NCBI GenBank assembly: GCA_000708835.1
Contig: DF237000.1
Location: 210,706 to 274,705 of the forward strand
DNA: 64,000 nt
Direction of reading: 5' to 3'
Source of the DNA: Klebsormidium nitens
Taxonomy: Eukaryota; Plantae; Klebsormidiophyceae
Of the stretch, positions 23,500 to 36,023 are shown one piece after another (position 1 is the stretch's first letter; each line of letters starts with the position of its first letter). Made by a program: the position numbers and the translations under genes. The notes beneath the pieces are model-generated. The model saw only the letters and a list, made by a program, of their open reading frames with translations, did not search any database and had not been told where the DNA came from.

Positions 23500-26334
23500 A
23501 ATAACAAAATTAGTAACCGAGTTCCATCTCCCGAGATCCGACCAACTGCTTTCCTCTCTGCAAAGCTCACCATGTAAAGTTACATCATGGGCAACTTTCG
23601 GAGAGAACGTAGTATGCGTCAAGCTTTTGCATGATGGACTGCAGGAGCTCTGACTGACTATCTGAACACTGGAGCAATGCTGCAAAGAGCGTGCCAGGTG
23701 TCAGCACGGGATGACCTGCTGTTAACCAAGCCTGGTTAGACCTCGTTTAGATGCCCTTCTACTAAGGGCCTACTAGTCATCCTGGTTAGAAGCTGGTCAG
23801 AAACCTTTCCCTGTAGCTGGGTAGGAGGAGAATCTCCATGTGCAAAGCAAAGATAAGCCTGCTGCCGGCAGACAAAGCAGCTGGCCCAAGTAACCACTCG
23901 CTTACGTCACAGCTAGGTGCAGAAACCGGCCAAGAAGCAGCCCCGCCCTTTCCATGCTTTTCCAGTTTCCAAGCACGAGGACAGTTTTGACCAGAGGGAA
24001 CACAAGCAGGAGGCAAACACTTGAATTTTGCTCTCTGCCTAAATTGAAGTCAATCTGTTCCCTTTTAAATCTACAGAGCCTTTTCAAACAACTTGAGCAC
24101 TTGTAGAGCCGGGGTTCTCACCAGATGGTCAGTAAAAGGAGAACAACAGCGTACGTCAAATCTCTCGGCCACGTGTGCTCGGAGTCAGATCCTTGAGACC
24201 TGCTGCCGCCAGTAGCCCCTGAAAAGAGAAAATATAGAGCACCTCAGACTCTGTCCCTGCAAGCAGACCAATGGCCACGAGCTTGTTACCAGCGATGAGG
24301 GGAGTTCTGCCCTACTAGCAAGACGAGACTCGTGTAGCTAAACCATTAGGCTAGACTGAAGGACCAGGAGCTTCCAATGTTGTCGACAGCGCGGCTGGCG
24401 TGCGCACTCAACTTGTTGACGCGAGAAAGAAAGCTGCCCCAAACTTTAACAAAGCCCCACGCAAGTTGAAGAACTACAGCAGACTGAAAGGACAACAATC
24501 TCAGGATAGCAGAACAGGGCCTTACACCTTCATTGACAAGCGCGGAACGCATGCTCCAAATGCCCTGCTTGCCAGTGCCTCTCAGGAAAGCTGCCCGAAA
24601 CCAAAAGAACTGGGGCGGCCACAGGAAGGGCACGCCCCGTGAACAAGACCGTAGCAGCCAGAAGGCACGCTGCCAAACCCAAGAAGCAACCTAAGTAATG
24701 GAACCCAAATCAGAGGAACAACAGTCCCAGGATAGCAGAACAGGGCCTTACATCTTCATTTGACAAGCGCGGAACGCATGCTCCGAATGCCCTGCTTGCC
24801 AGTGCTTTTCGGAAAAGTTGCCCCAAACTAACAATAGGGAATTTCCTTAGGAGGGGCATGACCCATGAACAAAAGTACAGCAACCTCAGGGCAAGCTCTC
24901 ATCCAAGAAGCAACCTAAGTACTGGATTAGACCTGAACAGACCAGAGGAACAGCATTCCCAGGATAGCAGAACAGGGCCTTACACCTTCATTGACAAGCG
25001 CGGAACGCATGCTCCAAATGCCCTGCTTGCCAGTGCCTCTCGGGAAAGCTGCAACGAACTGAAAGAACTGGGGCGGCCACAGGAAGGGCACGCCCCATGC
25101 ACAAGACCGCAGCAGCCGCAATGCAAGCTGTCAAACCGAAGAAGCAACTAACCATCATAACGAGCTAGACCTGACCAAAGTATAGGAGCGACAGTCCCAG
25201 GATCGCAGAACAGGGCCTTACATCTTCGTCGACAAGCGCGGAACGCATGCTCCGAATGCCCTGCTTGCCAGTGCCTCTCGGGAGAGCTGCCCCAAACTAG
25301 AGAAGGGGGAATCCACAGATTGTGAACTCCGAAGAACAAAACCGCAGGAATTGCAAGGGAAGGTGCCAAATTTTAAAAGCAACCAACGTAACTAGCTGGA
25401 TCTGACTAAAGCAGAGGTGACATCAGTCCCAGGATAGCAGAACAGGGCCTTATATCCTCATCGACAAGCGCGGAACGCATGCTCTGAACGCCCTGCTAGC
25501 CAGTGCCTTTCGGGAAAGCTTCCCCCAACCAAGAGAACAGGGGCGGCCACAGGAAAAGCACGCCCCATGAACAAAATCAAAACAGGCGCAAGGCAAACTG
25601 TAAATCCCAATAACTGGTTAAGTCAAGTAACAAGCTGAACCCAACCAAAGCAGAGGAACAACAGTCCCAGGATAGCAGAACAGGGCCGTACATCCTCATC
25701 GACAAGCGCGGAACGCATGCTCTGAACGCCATGCTTGCCAGTGCCTCTCGGGAAAGCTGCCCCAAACCAAGAGAACAGGGGCACTTGCAAGAAAGGAACG
25801 GAACACCAGAGCAGCCTAACAAAAGCAGTCAAGTCAAGAATGAGCAGCTATCTAAGACGAGCTGGAATTGACTAAACGGGACAAGAACCTGAGGACTCTA
25901 GTTTCTGAACTTTACATTGACTTCGTTGCGAGATGCGTCAGATGTTCTATCTGCAAATAACTTTCTAAAAAACTTCCCCGAACAAGACGAGGCGCAAGAT
26001 TGAAAGTAGCCCAAACCTGACAAACCTGGGCCAGAGTCTGAGGTGCTCACCTCTGCAATGTCGCTGGTGCAGTTCAAAAATTTGCGCACTCTTGAACCGT
26101 CGTCGACTTCTAGCTAGAAGAGTGCGCGCCCTTAACTGTCTTCCAGTGCAAAGTAACTAGCATCTCCACCGAAAACTCTGCTCAACATGGGAGGCCTTCT
26201 GTTCCAACGGCGTGCGAGAGAGAGCTTTTCCACCGCCGTTCCTCCTGATCTAGCTGACGCACCTGGGAATGCAAAGGAGGAGCTGGGAGGGCCGCAAACT
26301 TGAACCTCGGCAGCGCCGGCACACTCCGCGACAT
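23500..26334 (-). CDS. Possible multi-exon gene of unknown function; model unresolved (may be a separate gene or a 5' extension of the C11orf65-like gene)
   Basis: Phase-0 exon candidates 26334-26263 (MSRSVPALPRFKFAALPAPPLHSQ|GTGCGT) and ~26113-26051 (LEVDDGSRVRKFLNCTSDIAE|GTGAGC), plus further AG..GT blocks near 24220, 24020 and 23660. No recognisable domain and no unambiguous path. Confidence 0.3.
24480..25800 (-). repeat. Six-copy ~232 bp tandem array; each unit contains a 65-nt AG...GT exon-like block on the minus strand
   Basis: CAG|GAT(A/C)GCAGAACAGGGCC anchors at 24505, 24731, 24963, 25201, 25433, 25671 (spacing 226-238). The core GACAAGCGCGGAACGCATGCTC is invariant in all copies. Confidence 0.95.
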
Positions 26335-26699
26335 CCTACTAGCAGATACTGAGATATAGTCAAAAAGTAGAGTTGTGAAGCTGCAGGTCGCCCAGGGCCA
26401 GGGCAGCCAGGGCCAAGGCGATCTGGCTGGCGCCGTGGCGGCGGGCAACCGTCCACAGCACATGGTCTGCGCGCGCACGACTGTGGCGCCTTCAGCTACG
26501 GTGTATATACTATAATACTACAAAATTCACCTCTATTAAAAGCGAATGGCTTTCCGGTATTGTTCCATTCACACGCCTTGTAGTTTACATTATTATATCG
26601 TGATTAGTGACGTGGACCCAACGGATGCAGCGATTGAGTTAAAAATTGACCCGTTTGAATAAATTCCAGCACAAACCTCGAAAGTCTGGCCGCTTATGT

Positions 26700-26800
26700 C
26701 AAACTTGAGAAGAATTTTCACCGCCAAGAACTGGCAAACTTGCTTGAAGTTGAAGACAGCGCTTCTTCCTCCCAATTTCAACTTCCAAGTTTCAAGTTCC
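26700..26800. promoter_or_regulatory. AACTT/AAGTT-rich tract in a divergent intergenic interval (candidate promoter element)
   Basis: AAACTTGCTTGAAGTTGAAG...TTTCAACTTCCAAGTTTCAAGTTCC lies ~150 nt upstream of the GNAT ATG. A similar tract, CTTGAACTTGAAAGTTCAAGTTGAAGTTGAAG, is at 63838-63869 upstream of Hv1. Confidence 0.3.
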
Positions 26801-26923
26801 ACGGTTCCACCTCGAGGAAGAACGCAATGTGCCCCCGGTGAGCCTGCATGAGGCCAGTGAAGGGCTTTCTTGCTCGGGTCTCTTGCTCAGGTTTTGTCCT
26901 TGTTGTCTCAAAACGTTTTCATC

Positions 26924-29900
26924 ATGCAGACCGCCGCAGCAAGAGTGCGCTGGCTAAAATGGCAGCTAGGGGTCTTGGACATGGCCCCCAGAAAAGCTCA
27001 TGGAGGAGGTTGTGCAGCTGCAGGTAAGAGATTCTTTCTAGCAGCATTGTTTTCCTGGTGGTTCACTTGCCTTTCACGGTGGATGCCGGGTGTGTCCGCT
27101 TGTCAGTGCCAAGCAAGACAGAGCCGATTGGATGCGAGACGAGGAGTTCTTTGTCGCTCTGTAGACTAGATGTGTACTCTCTGCATACATCAGAATGCCT
27201 AGCCGAAGAAAGGAAACTCTCTGTCGCACACTGCGGTGCCACCATCTAGAGACTCAGGAGGGTACCACACCAGCATCTAGAATATCGAGAGGGTGGCGCC
27301 AGCATTCCATTGCTATTCGTTGGTATCTTTGTCGGTGAACTCGTTCATTTGATTGCCCAGAAGTTGCTTGGAAGAAAGGGAAGACGGGAATCCAATTTCA
27401 AAAGGTTGAGCCACCGCATAACGAGTCTTTTTCTTGGAAAGAAGGCAGCAAGATCCATCGCATTGCGGGGTACTTCTGTGGAGTTTCCTTATTCACTCTG
27501 CAACTTCCAACCCCTCCAGTCCATTCCCCTTACACTATGCCGGCGCCATGCCCTACAAAAGGAGTACATCGTGTGCCCCTTAGTCTTTGACGTCACTATT
27601 GACGTACAGGCCACCGCACTTGCCGGTGCAAACGGCCAGTGTCAACCCAGGCTGCGGCGCCTAGCGATCCCAGCATTGACGCAACAGCACAATCGACCAG
27701 CCCTCTAACCCCTCCGCCACGGCGCCCTTCAAGGCTACCGAGAGCAGAAGTTCTGACGGTCCGTGAAGCACGGCCAGAAGAGTATTGGGAGATCGCTGAT
27801 ACTCATTGTGGGGCGTTCTTTCCGGAAGTAAACCCGGTCCTCGGAGCGATTCTGCGATTGGACAGGTAAGGCTCGGGTGTTCCTGGGGTTTACGGAGGGT
27901 GCAGTAATGCCTGCGACGTCCAATGCGTTTCTTTTGTTCTGTCTGTCCGGTCGACCCTACTTTTGAGGGGCATTTGCATCAAGAATGGAACGAGAAGCCT
28001 TTTGAGACTGTTCGCACCTGCTCCTGAGGGTTTGGAATCACCAAGGATAAAGGCGGACTCTCATACGTGGATTCTGAACGCTCTTGTAGTAGTGTTTGTG
28101 ATGCGGGTCTTGATTGCTGCATGTAAGAGGAGGCAAACGGTATCAAAAGGCACCATGCATCTATGTCCTAGACTGCACCCACTTTACCAAAACAGCTGCT
28201 TTGATGGATGACACAAACGCGTTCCTTCATCTTTGATGTGCTGTCGTATGAGCACCTCAGGGTTCGAGTTTCAAAGCAAGGCACCAACAAAAGAAACCAA
28301 CGTTCTGCTGGCAGGCAGCCTGCCATTGGCCAGGACAGCCTTTGGCAGTAGCCGGTTCATAAGACAACTAAGTCTTTTGAGGTTGCTTTTCAACTTTCAA
28401 AGTAATATCAGGACTTAGACAAGATTGCCCAACCCTTTTACTGGCTGCAGTGAGACTTTTTCGGTGAATTCGATTTACCAGACACAAAGTCGCCAGCTTG
28501 GTCTGTCTCCTTTAGCCACTGAACGTACACACAACACCGTAAGAAAAAAGACATGAGAAGCTGCGCTTCTCGGCACAAAGACATCGTTGGGAAGACAGGA
28601 CCTGTGTGACCATACCATCAAACCCTTCGGATGATATCTGACATCCAGTGCTCTTGCTTAGGATTCGCCTTAACCATTTGATTTTGTGCCTGCAGGGTCT
28701 TCAGCCTAGCAGGGTCCACCGGCGACCCCCGAGACTGTCGGAAGATGGCGCTGGTCGCCCTCGAATCGGGACCCCAGGTGCTGCGCGACGAGTCGTTTGC
28801 GTCAGAGTCCCTCTCGGACGTAGCCCCGCTGAGACCGTTTGTCGCAGGTGCGTGCATGAAGGATGTTGAAGCTTCGACAGAAGAACAACTCGACGGGCGT
28901 CAAGTGGAGCAGGGTTAATTGGACGGACAACAATCATTTTTCCGCTTATTCCTAACGCTGTCAAGGCCGGGTTGTCCTGTCTCAACCGCTGAACAGATGC
29001 AAATTTCTGTACTTGCACACGAATTCCGCGGTTCTAACTTCTGATCACCGGTCACCGCCTCTGAGCAACTGCGGTTTCTCGCATCTGGTTTGTCTTGCGG
29101 AATGTTTTGGACAGCTTCTGTCCGTGCAAATTGGGCAAACATGGTGCTTCCTACTCAATGCAACAGCTGGTTGACTGTTCACTGACTTCAACACATCTAC
29201 GGGCAACCTACAGTTACGCCACACCTCGCTTTTTGTCTGCGCATCCTTGAGTGGAATTCCTTTTCTTCACCTCGTACGTCCATTCAAGGCAGGACAAGCT
29301 TCGAACCCGCACCCATAGGCCTTAGGCAACTTGAGAAGAAGGGAACCCTACAAATCGAGCGTTCCTTCCTTAAACGCCTTCCCTTCGCTCCTGCAGTCGC
29401 TTCTGCGGGGCTCCCTTTCCCTGGCGAGCTGTTTGGGGGGAGCCAAGTGGGCGAGCGTGGAGTCATTGGCACGTGCACGCTGGACCTCACGGGGGAGTTC
29501 CTGCCCCGTCGAAGACCCCGAGGTGCGTCACAAGGGGTTGGTTTTAACTTCTTATGGTGAGGGGTTTCAGGTCAGGACTTGTGCAGTCGTACCGCGTGCG
29601 ATTACAGGGATTTAAGAGGGAATTGTCTGTGATGTGTACGCTGGACCTCACCGGAGTTTTTTGCCCCCACCAAAGACCACAAGGTGCGTCGCCGAAACCT
29701 TGGGGTGTGAAGTGTTATATTCTCGCGACGTCAGGGGTTCATTCGATGCGACGTACGAAATGCGAAGCACCCTGTCCGTTGGGGGGGTTGTCTTGCTGCG
29801 TACAAAGAACGCTTAAGTACGTCTGGTATATGTTGTAACCTTCAGGACTCTCATGAAGTGCCTGAGGTATTCTTAGGCTTTCGGTGTTCTAGATCGCTCG

Positions 29901-30693
29901 ACTTCACGAACATAAATTTGCCAGCACAAGATAATGACGTCTTTTCCACGCGGGACCGTTTGTAAAACCAGGTTCCGCTGCCCATTGTTCATTCCGCTGA
30001 ACGGCCCCCGCGCCCGCCCTTCCGCTTCCGTCCGGTGTTATTACGTTCTTTTGTTTGCAACTTGTGCTGCTTGTTGACGATGAGAAAAGAGAGGGGAGGC
30101 TCTTTATGCAGAAAAGTACGACTCCGCTTGCTTGCTGTTCTTCTGTCACTTCCAACTTCGTGGATTAGGAAAGAAGATTGAGGTTAAGGAGACCCGATGA
30201 GTGGTGTCAAGTTAGTGAAAGCTGGTTCTTGATAATGTCAAGAAGACCGGGCGCTTTTGCTTCTGCAGCATTTGCTTTGCCTGAGTATGCCTGTAGTTCG
30301 TACCATTGAAATTCCTCTGAAAAACGGCTGCTTCAGAAACTAAGGACGGGTTCTGATCTCCCAGGTAAACGGAGGGTCGGCATCGCATACATATCCAACA
30401 TGGCAGTTAGGTTGCGGCGCCGGCGTCAGGGTGTGGCGCGCTTGTTAGTCCGAAGAGCGGAGGCGATCGCCAAAAATCTTGGTTGTCGATCGATGGCACT
30501 CCACGTGGAGGAAAAGAACGTGAGCGCGCGGGCTTTGTACGAGCGCGAAGGATTTAGATTGATCAAAGTCCCAACCGGCGCCGTATGGCCGCAACCGACG
30601 CCGCTTGAGGGGCACACGTTAGTCATGATGATGAAGTGGCTTGGGCATCCAAGTTCAGAACCGCCGACTTCAGAGAGCGGTTCTGCTTCGTGA
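26924..30693 (+). CDS. GNAT7: Plastid GNAT-family acetyltransferase, GNAT7/At4g28030-like (~320 aa)
   Basis: Exons 26924-27023, 27610-27865, 28696-28847, 29397-29522, 30365-30693 are phase-consistent (963 nt). Motifs VREARPEEYWEIADTHCGAFFP...LRLDR, GTCTLDLTGEFLPRRRP, GIAYISNMAVRLRRRRQGVARLL...GCRSMALHV...LYEREGFRLIKVPTGAVWPQP are colinear with At4g28030 from memory. Confidence 0.9.
29630..29695 (+). repeat. Decayed copy of the 3' end plus donor of GNAT exon 4 inside intron 4
   Basis: TGTACGCTGGACCTCACCGGAGTTTTTTGCCCCCACCAAAGACCACAAG|GTGCGTC versus the real TGCACGCTGGACCTCACGGGGGAGTTCCTGCCCCGTCGAAGACCCCGAG|GTGCGTC. Confidence 0.8.
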
Positions 30694-31713
30694 GCATTGT
30701 ATGCACTCTTGCAGCGACGCTTGAGCACAGCTAGCTGCCTCACAAATTCTTTGTAGAACACATATTGAAGCGACACAGAGGCATCGATTGAAAGTAGGGT
30801 TACCAAGTAGATGCGAGGTAAAGATTTGCTGGCACGCGCCAGGACATGCATCCCGCTCAAGTTGGGGATTGTACTCGTTTGAACACGTCAAGTATACAAT
30901 CATTCACATAAAATGTAACTATCGAAAAGTGACGGTCATCTGGCCGCGTGCAGCGATCTATCAAGGGCCGGCAATGATGAGTCATTGCGCTTCGATCAGA
31001 ATTGTTCGAACATTAATCTGCCTGGGGCGGGTCATGGCATGCCAATCGCGCCTTTGCTTGCATGAGCCATGCCACTGAGTCTCGTGCACTTCGCGAGCTG
31101 TCGATCTGAGTCCGTATTATTAGGCCATTGCATGAATGAAGCTCATGGCATGCGCAATTCTCAACCAGGCGGCATGCATGTGATGCATCCGATGATCCAG
31201 GCCAGGCTATACTTGAAAATGCCGACTGGAGATTTTCTGGAAGATTAATCTGTCACGATCGGCCATCGATATATATTGAACTTAGAACTTACAACGATCA
31301 CGTATCGGTTCTTAGACTCGGAAAAAGTTAGAAAGTTATATGTACGTCCTCACAATACAACCGATGTCGGATCAACTTTTGTGATCAATGCATCCCAATT
31401 GACTCGGAAGCTAGGTTAAAATACTATAATGCAGCTGAAACTTGATAGAGTTGCACTGACCATGGTCCATATATATACTGATATTTCCTTGCTATCTTAG
31501 CATGCATGAGATCAGGCTCCGTTGGTGTTTTCCAATACGAAAGATCTCTGCACATATTCGATCATACAAAGCGAATTCAATTCAAGATCGAATTTACGGC
31601 CCACTGTTGGAGATTTCGCGAACCATACAACTGCTTAAAGCAGTCTGGGGACCTGCTACTAACCCAACGTTTAAATTACGCAAACACCTTGAGGGAAACA
31701 CCAATCGGTGGGC

Positions 31714-34700
31714 CTACATGCGGCACGAAAAGGTGCCATAGCGCGGACCGGCGCAGCGCACGAGGGTGTCCCGCACAAGCGGCGGGGCGGTCAACAGTTT
31801 GCGAGCTGCCCCAACGCCCGACTCGTCGTCCTTGCCGACCTGTGCACGAGAAATTAGACGCATGGTTAGTAAGGCTTTGGGTCCACGTTAGCTTGATTTC
31901 GACTCTACACCTACTTTGTGCACGTGGGAGTCGCGACAGCAGGATGTTGCGCCACAACCGCCCGATTCGAAATCGCTTTCAGAAGACGGAATTGGTTGAC
32001 CAGGCAAAGGGTCGGAGCTGTTCTAAACACACGAGCGTGCGTTCGACACAAAGCCAGCCTTCGTATTGCACATTCGGTTAAACCTGGCCGCCTGACCAAA
32101 GTTCTATTTGAACGGAACGCAGAACTTTGCCCTATGCGCAGAAATTGAACCCTACGATGACCCGGATGCCTTTCATCCAACGGCCTCAGTTATGCGACTC
32201 TGGAAAAGTTCTGCGACTGGCTCGATACGGACCCTGGTCTGGCGGCCAGGTTTGCCCAAACCTGCAATAAGCAGAAACGCTGCAACCACCACGGGTCAAC
32301 AACGAATGTTGCAGGTCGCAACGTACGTCCCGAGCGCCCACCTGACAACTGAAGAGGTCGAAGCTGCAGTCTGCGGACACCAGGTCGGACGCTTCGTACT
32401 CGTCGTCCGTGCCTTCCACGTACTCACGGTGGAGCAGCCCCTCCAAGGTGCCCATCGCCAGGCGTTCTTCCACGGCGCCTTCGCGGAACATCTGACCAAC
32501 GAACTGCGAGAGACATCGTACGACCATCACAAAACGACCCCCTCCAACAAATCGACGCATGAAGGATGGGCAACGAACATCAAATTAGTTTGACACCACA
32601 AAGGCACCAAATTTGCTTTAAACGACTGACTGACGCCCAACTGATCCGCGGCTTTTGGTCGTCGAATATGCTTCAGGTTCAATCTGGTGTTGAAATTGTG
32701 TCGGTTCGGAATCTGTTGAGCGGCTAACATTATAATTAACAATTTGGTACGGGTATGGTTGGTGCCTTTTAGGCATGCACCAATTGGTCGGGGTGGGGGA
32801 GGTTTCTGGTGTCGGATTACAGCCGACTTGAACGGGTCGTATTGAGGAAGGACCCCGTCACAAAGTGCAGGGCACACTTTTCCGTGACGCAGTTCTAGTC
32901 GCGAAAGACGATCACTGGTCTAGCGCGGTTACAAGGCGGCGTCCTTTCTCAAGCTGTACACCCTCTGATGCTCCCATCCATTACAGCAATTTTATCTACT
33001 AACCGTGGCTGGTTGTGGGCTGGTAAGAAAGTGGTTGATTGTCCATTAACCAGAATCAGGCGGTAACCAGCAAGGCTAAGGCCTTGTTATTCGTCCAATA
33101 ACCGGAAAAACAGGTCTGGTAAAAGCCTGGTTAGCAACCAAACGTCCTGTGCTTTACTTCAGGGACTTCAGCAAGCTCGACCAGTGGATGTACAAGGCCC
33201 CGGCAAGAATACCAGTGTCAGGTCAGCACGGTTGCTTGAGAGAGTAGAGCCTCACCCCATGGACGCTCGGGCCTTGAGTGAACGACTTGATTGCCAGGTT
33301 GAGGAACTGCACGGGGGGGTCGGTGAAGAGCTCCTCCTCAAAATCGCGGCTGATCTCCACCTCGAGGAGGCCCTTAAGGGTGATAAGTAGACCGGCGTCT
33401 CTCTCTGAGGAAGGGACGACTTTTGCAATGCCGTCTGTGCTCGTCCAGCCCGCCTGGATACGTGGCCAACAGGCGTGTCAGCTAAAACTTATAAGCCGTT
33501 AGCAATGATCTACATCAGTAAAGCAGCCTTTCAAAAAGCGAGATATCCGAATCAGCAAAACATTAGGCCCCGGAACATGGATACATTGGGACCTCGTCCC
33601 GGACTAAGATTCAGAAGCGCGTGGCAAGGGCCCGTTTCGGTCGACAACTCGGCAGACAAAGCTATCTCACGCTGGGCATATGGAACGACGAGGACACCCC
33701 CTCGGGAAATCCGACAGGGGAGTTGAGAGCAGCACTTTTCTCAAAACTCTCGACAGCTTGCAGGCCAAGGGACTTCAGCGCAGCGAGCTTCGTGAAGTTT
33801 TCAGAGTGAAAAGGAAATCAGAACTCACTGCGTCCAAAGCGCCGAGCGCCTTCCCCTCGAAGTAGACTGAGAAGGGGAACTTCTCGTACGCAGTTGCACT
33901 GCGGTCCAGCCAGATTGCAAGTCGCTGCACCGCCCCTTCTGCGTTGCGGTACAAGAAGCCCATGCCGTCCATCCACGTGCCCTCATAAAAGGGCGTCACC
34001 TCGGACGTCCGCTGCTCAACGATCAGGGCGTCCGGAGGAAGACCAAACATGTGGGCATTGACCTGAAGAAACAAGAGCTCCAGTCTGAATCATTCCACTT
34101 AGTATTGATACTGAGTGAAGCCAATGGGACAAGATAGTGTCCAGCTTGTCAGCTGACGAACAGAATGGAGCTATCTAGAACAGCAAGCGTGTAGCTTTTC
34201 ACGCAGTTGAAGTCTTGTCAAAGGCTGCTATTGACAAGCAAAGGTCCACGGAAAGCCAGCCAATAAGTCTGCTAATCCGGATACCATAGCGAGGAAAAGT
34301 TGTATGTCCGAGTGCCTCTTCACACTGAATTGAGAGCACCTCCAATCATGCACTTCAACCCCAGCAAGAGACGCTTGCTTCAGGATTGCCCAGGTCGGTA
34401 GAAAGCCTCTGCAAGCCAGTCTATAACTCACCGAGAGATGTGTGTCTGTAAACATACAGTAGGCCCTGTCGGGTAGTCCATGGAAGTCGAAGGAGAACTC
34501 GGTGTGCTCTGTTTGGTTTGGGGGCAGGAGGCCAGGCAGGTTTATATGGGGGTCCTTTTCAATGGTAGCTGCACAGAGAAGAGACGCGCGATCCCATTTG
34601 ACTTACTTTTCCTGGAGCAAGACGGAAAAGCTAGCTTTAACATTCAAGCTCCTTATTGTTGCATTGCTTGACCACAACGAAAGATTGCACTAATGAAAGG

Positions 34701-36023
34701 CGATATCTCGATATCCAGCAAGACAAGAGAGGGCACAAGCAAGGCTCTTGATCCAATGTGCTTCAAGGAAAGCAACAAGTCACATCATATGCATATCAGA
34801 GCTGCAGGTCACCAGCATTTTTAAACGAGTGGCCCAAAAAGTTGTCTTCCTAGGAGCTCACCTGCGACACATGTACCTTCAGTGCAGGTTTCAGTACTAC
34901 CACAGCATTTGGCCCCGCAAATTTTGGAGGTTGCACAGCACCCCCCGCTGCCGTCGCAGACGCCACTGGCACAGCAGTTCCTCCCACAAACATTTGCACT
35001 TGGACAGCACGCGGCCCCGTTGCTGTCACAGACGCCGCTTGAGACGCCAGTGTCGCAGCAATTGGTCCCACAAGTAAGTGCACTTGGACAGCACGAAGCC
35101 CCGTAGCTGGTGCAAAGGCCGTTGGCACAGCAGTAGCTCCCACAGATGTTTGCACTTGCACAACACCCGGGCCCGTTGCTGTTACAGACGGGGGAGGTGC
35201 CTGGCGCACGGGAGGGGGAGGGGCAGCAAGTCGTGCCGCCACAGCTCGACCCTGATGCGCAGCAGAGACTGGCGATGGGACTTGCACAACTCGTCCCTGC
35301 CGCGCAGCACGCAGTCCCACACAGTTGGCTGGTGGGGCAACAAGCCGACGGCAAGGTCTTCGAGTCGCAGATACCTGGGAAGTTGCAGCATGAGCTGCCG
35401 CACAAAGTTTGCCCTGGATCATTGCAACAGACTTTTGTGGTTGCTCCAAAGAGGGTACCGGTCATGCAGGACTGCCCGAGCGAGCAGCACGTCGCGCTGC
35501 TGCCAGTGCCACAGACCCGGGCGTTGGGGCAGCATGTAGCGCTGCTGCCGGTGCCGACGCACGTGTTGCCCGCCGGACAGCATGTGGGTCCGCAGCACGT
35601 GTCTGCCGACGAGGAACAGCACGACCCTCCGCAGCACTTTCCAGACGTACAGCACGCTGCGCCTGCGTACACGCTCGTGCTGGTCATGATGCTGCAGCAC
35701 ACGCTTGCCGGAGTCGCATATTGTTGCGCTCCGGTGGGGCAACAGATCGGCAGGCTTGAGTAAGACATGGATTGGCAGGAGACCATGGTGGAACCAAAAG
35801 TCGAATACTGCGGGCAGCAGGTATAGGTAGAGAAGCCAGCACTGGGGTCGCTGGTAGAGCAAACAGTGCCCGACGAGCAGCATGTGTTGCCCCCGCAACA
35901 TGTGGTGCCCGGTGCACACTGCTGTGCGGTACCGCACGGAAGGGATTGCCCGCGTGCGCCAGGGGCGCGGGCGCCGATGCCCAAGAGGATGAAAAGAACG
36001 ATTGTGGGGGGCAAGGAAGTCAT
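31714..36023 (-). CDS. Secreted Cys-rich repeat protein with C-terminal Root_cap (PF06830-type) domain (~672 aa)
   Basis: Exons 36023-34862, 34568-34432, 34062-33829, 33453-33256, 32503-32342, 31839-31714 are phase-consistent (2019 nt). Signal-peptide-like N-terminus (MTSLPPTIVLFILLGIGARA), then ~360 aa with 26 CC doublets. Then DPH..F.FDFHGLPDRAYCMFTDTHLSVNAHMFG...TWMDGMGFLY...WTSTDG...FLNLAIKSFTQGPSVHGFVGQMFR...YEASDLVSADC.F, matching the root-cap/LEA pattern (DPRF..FYFHGKKD.DFC.VSD..LHINAHFIG; WIQALGILF; HLDLAFKF..LS..VHGVLGQTY; Y.TS.LF..DC). Confidence 0.85.

Noticed and set aside
24480-25800. CRISPR-like array
   Set aside because: Eukaryotic context, ~232-bp units homologous along their whole length, no unique spacers and no cas genes.
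34850-35937. Several overlapping ORFs of 150-205 aa on both strands
   Set aside because: Alternative-frame shadows of the Cys-rich exon.
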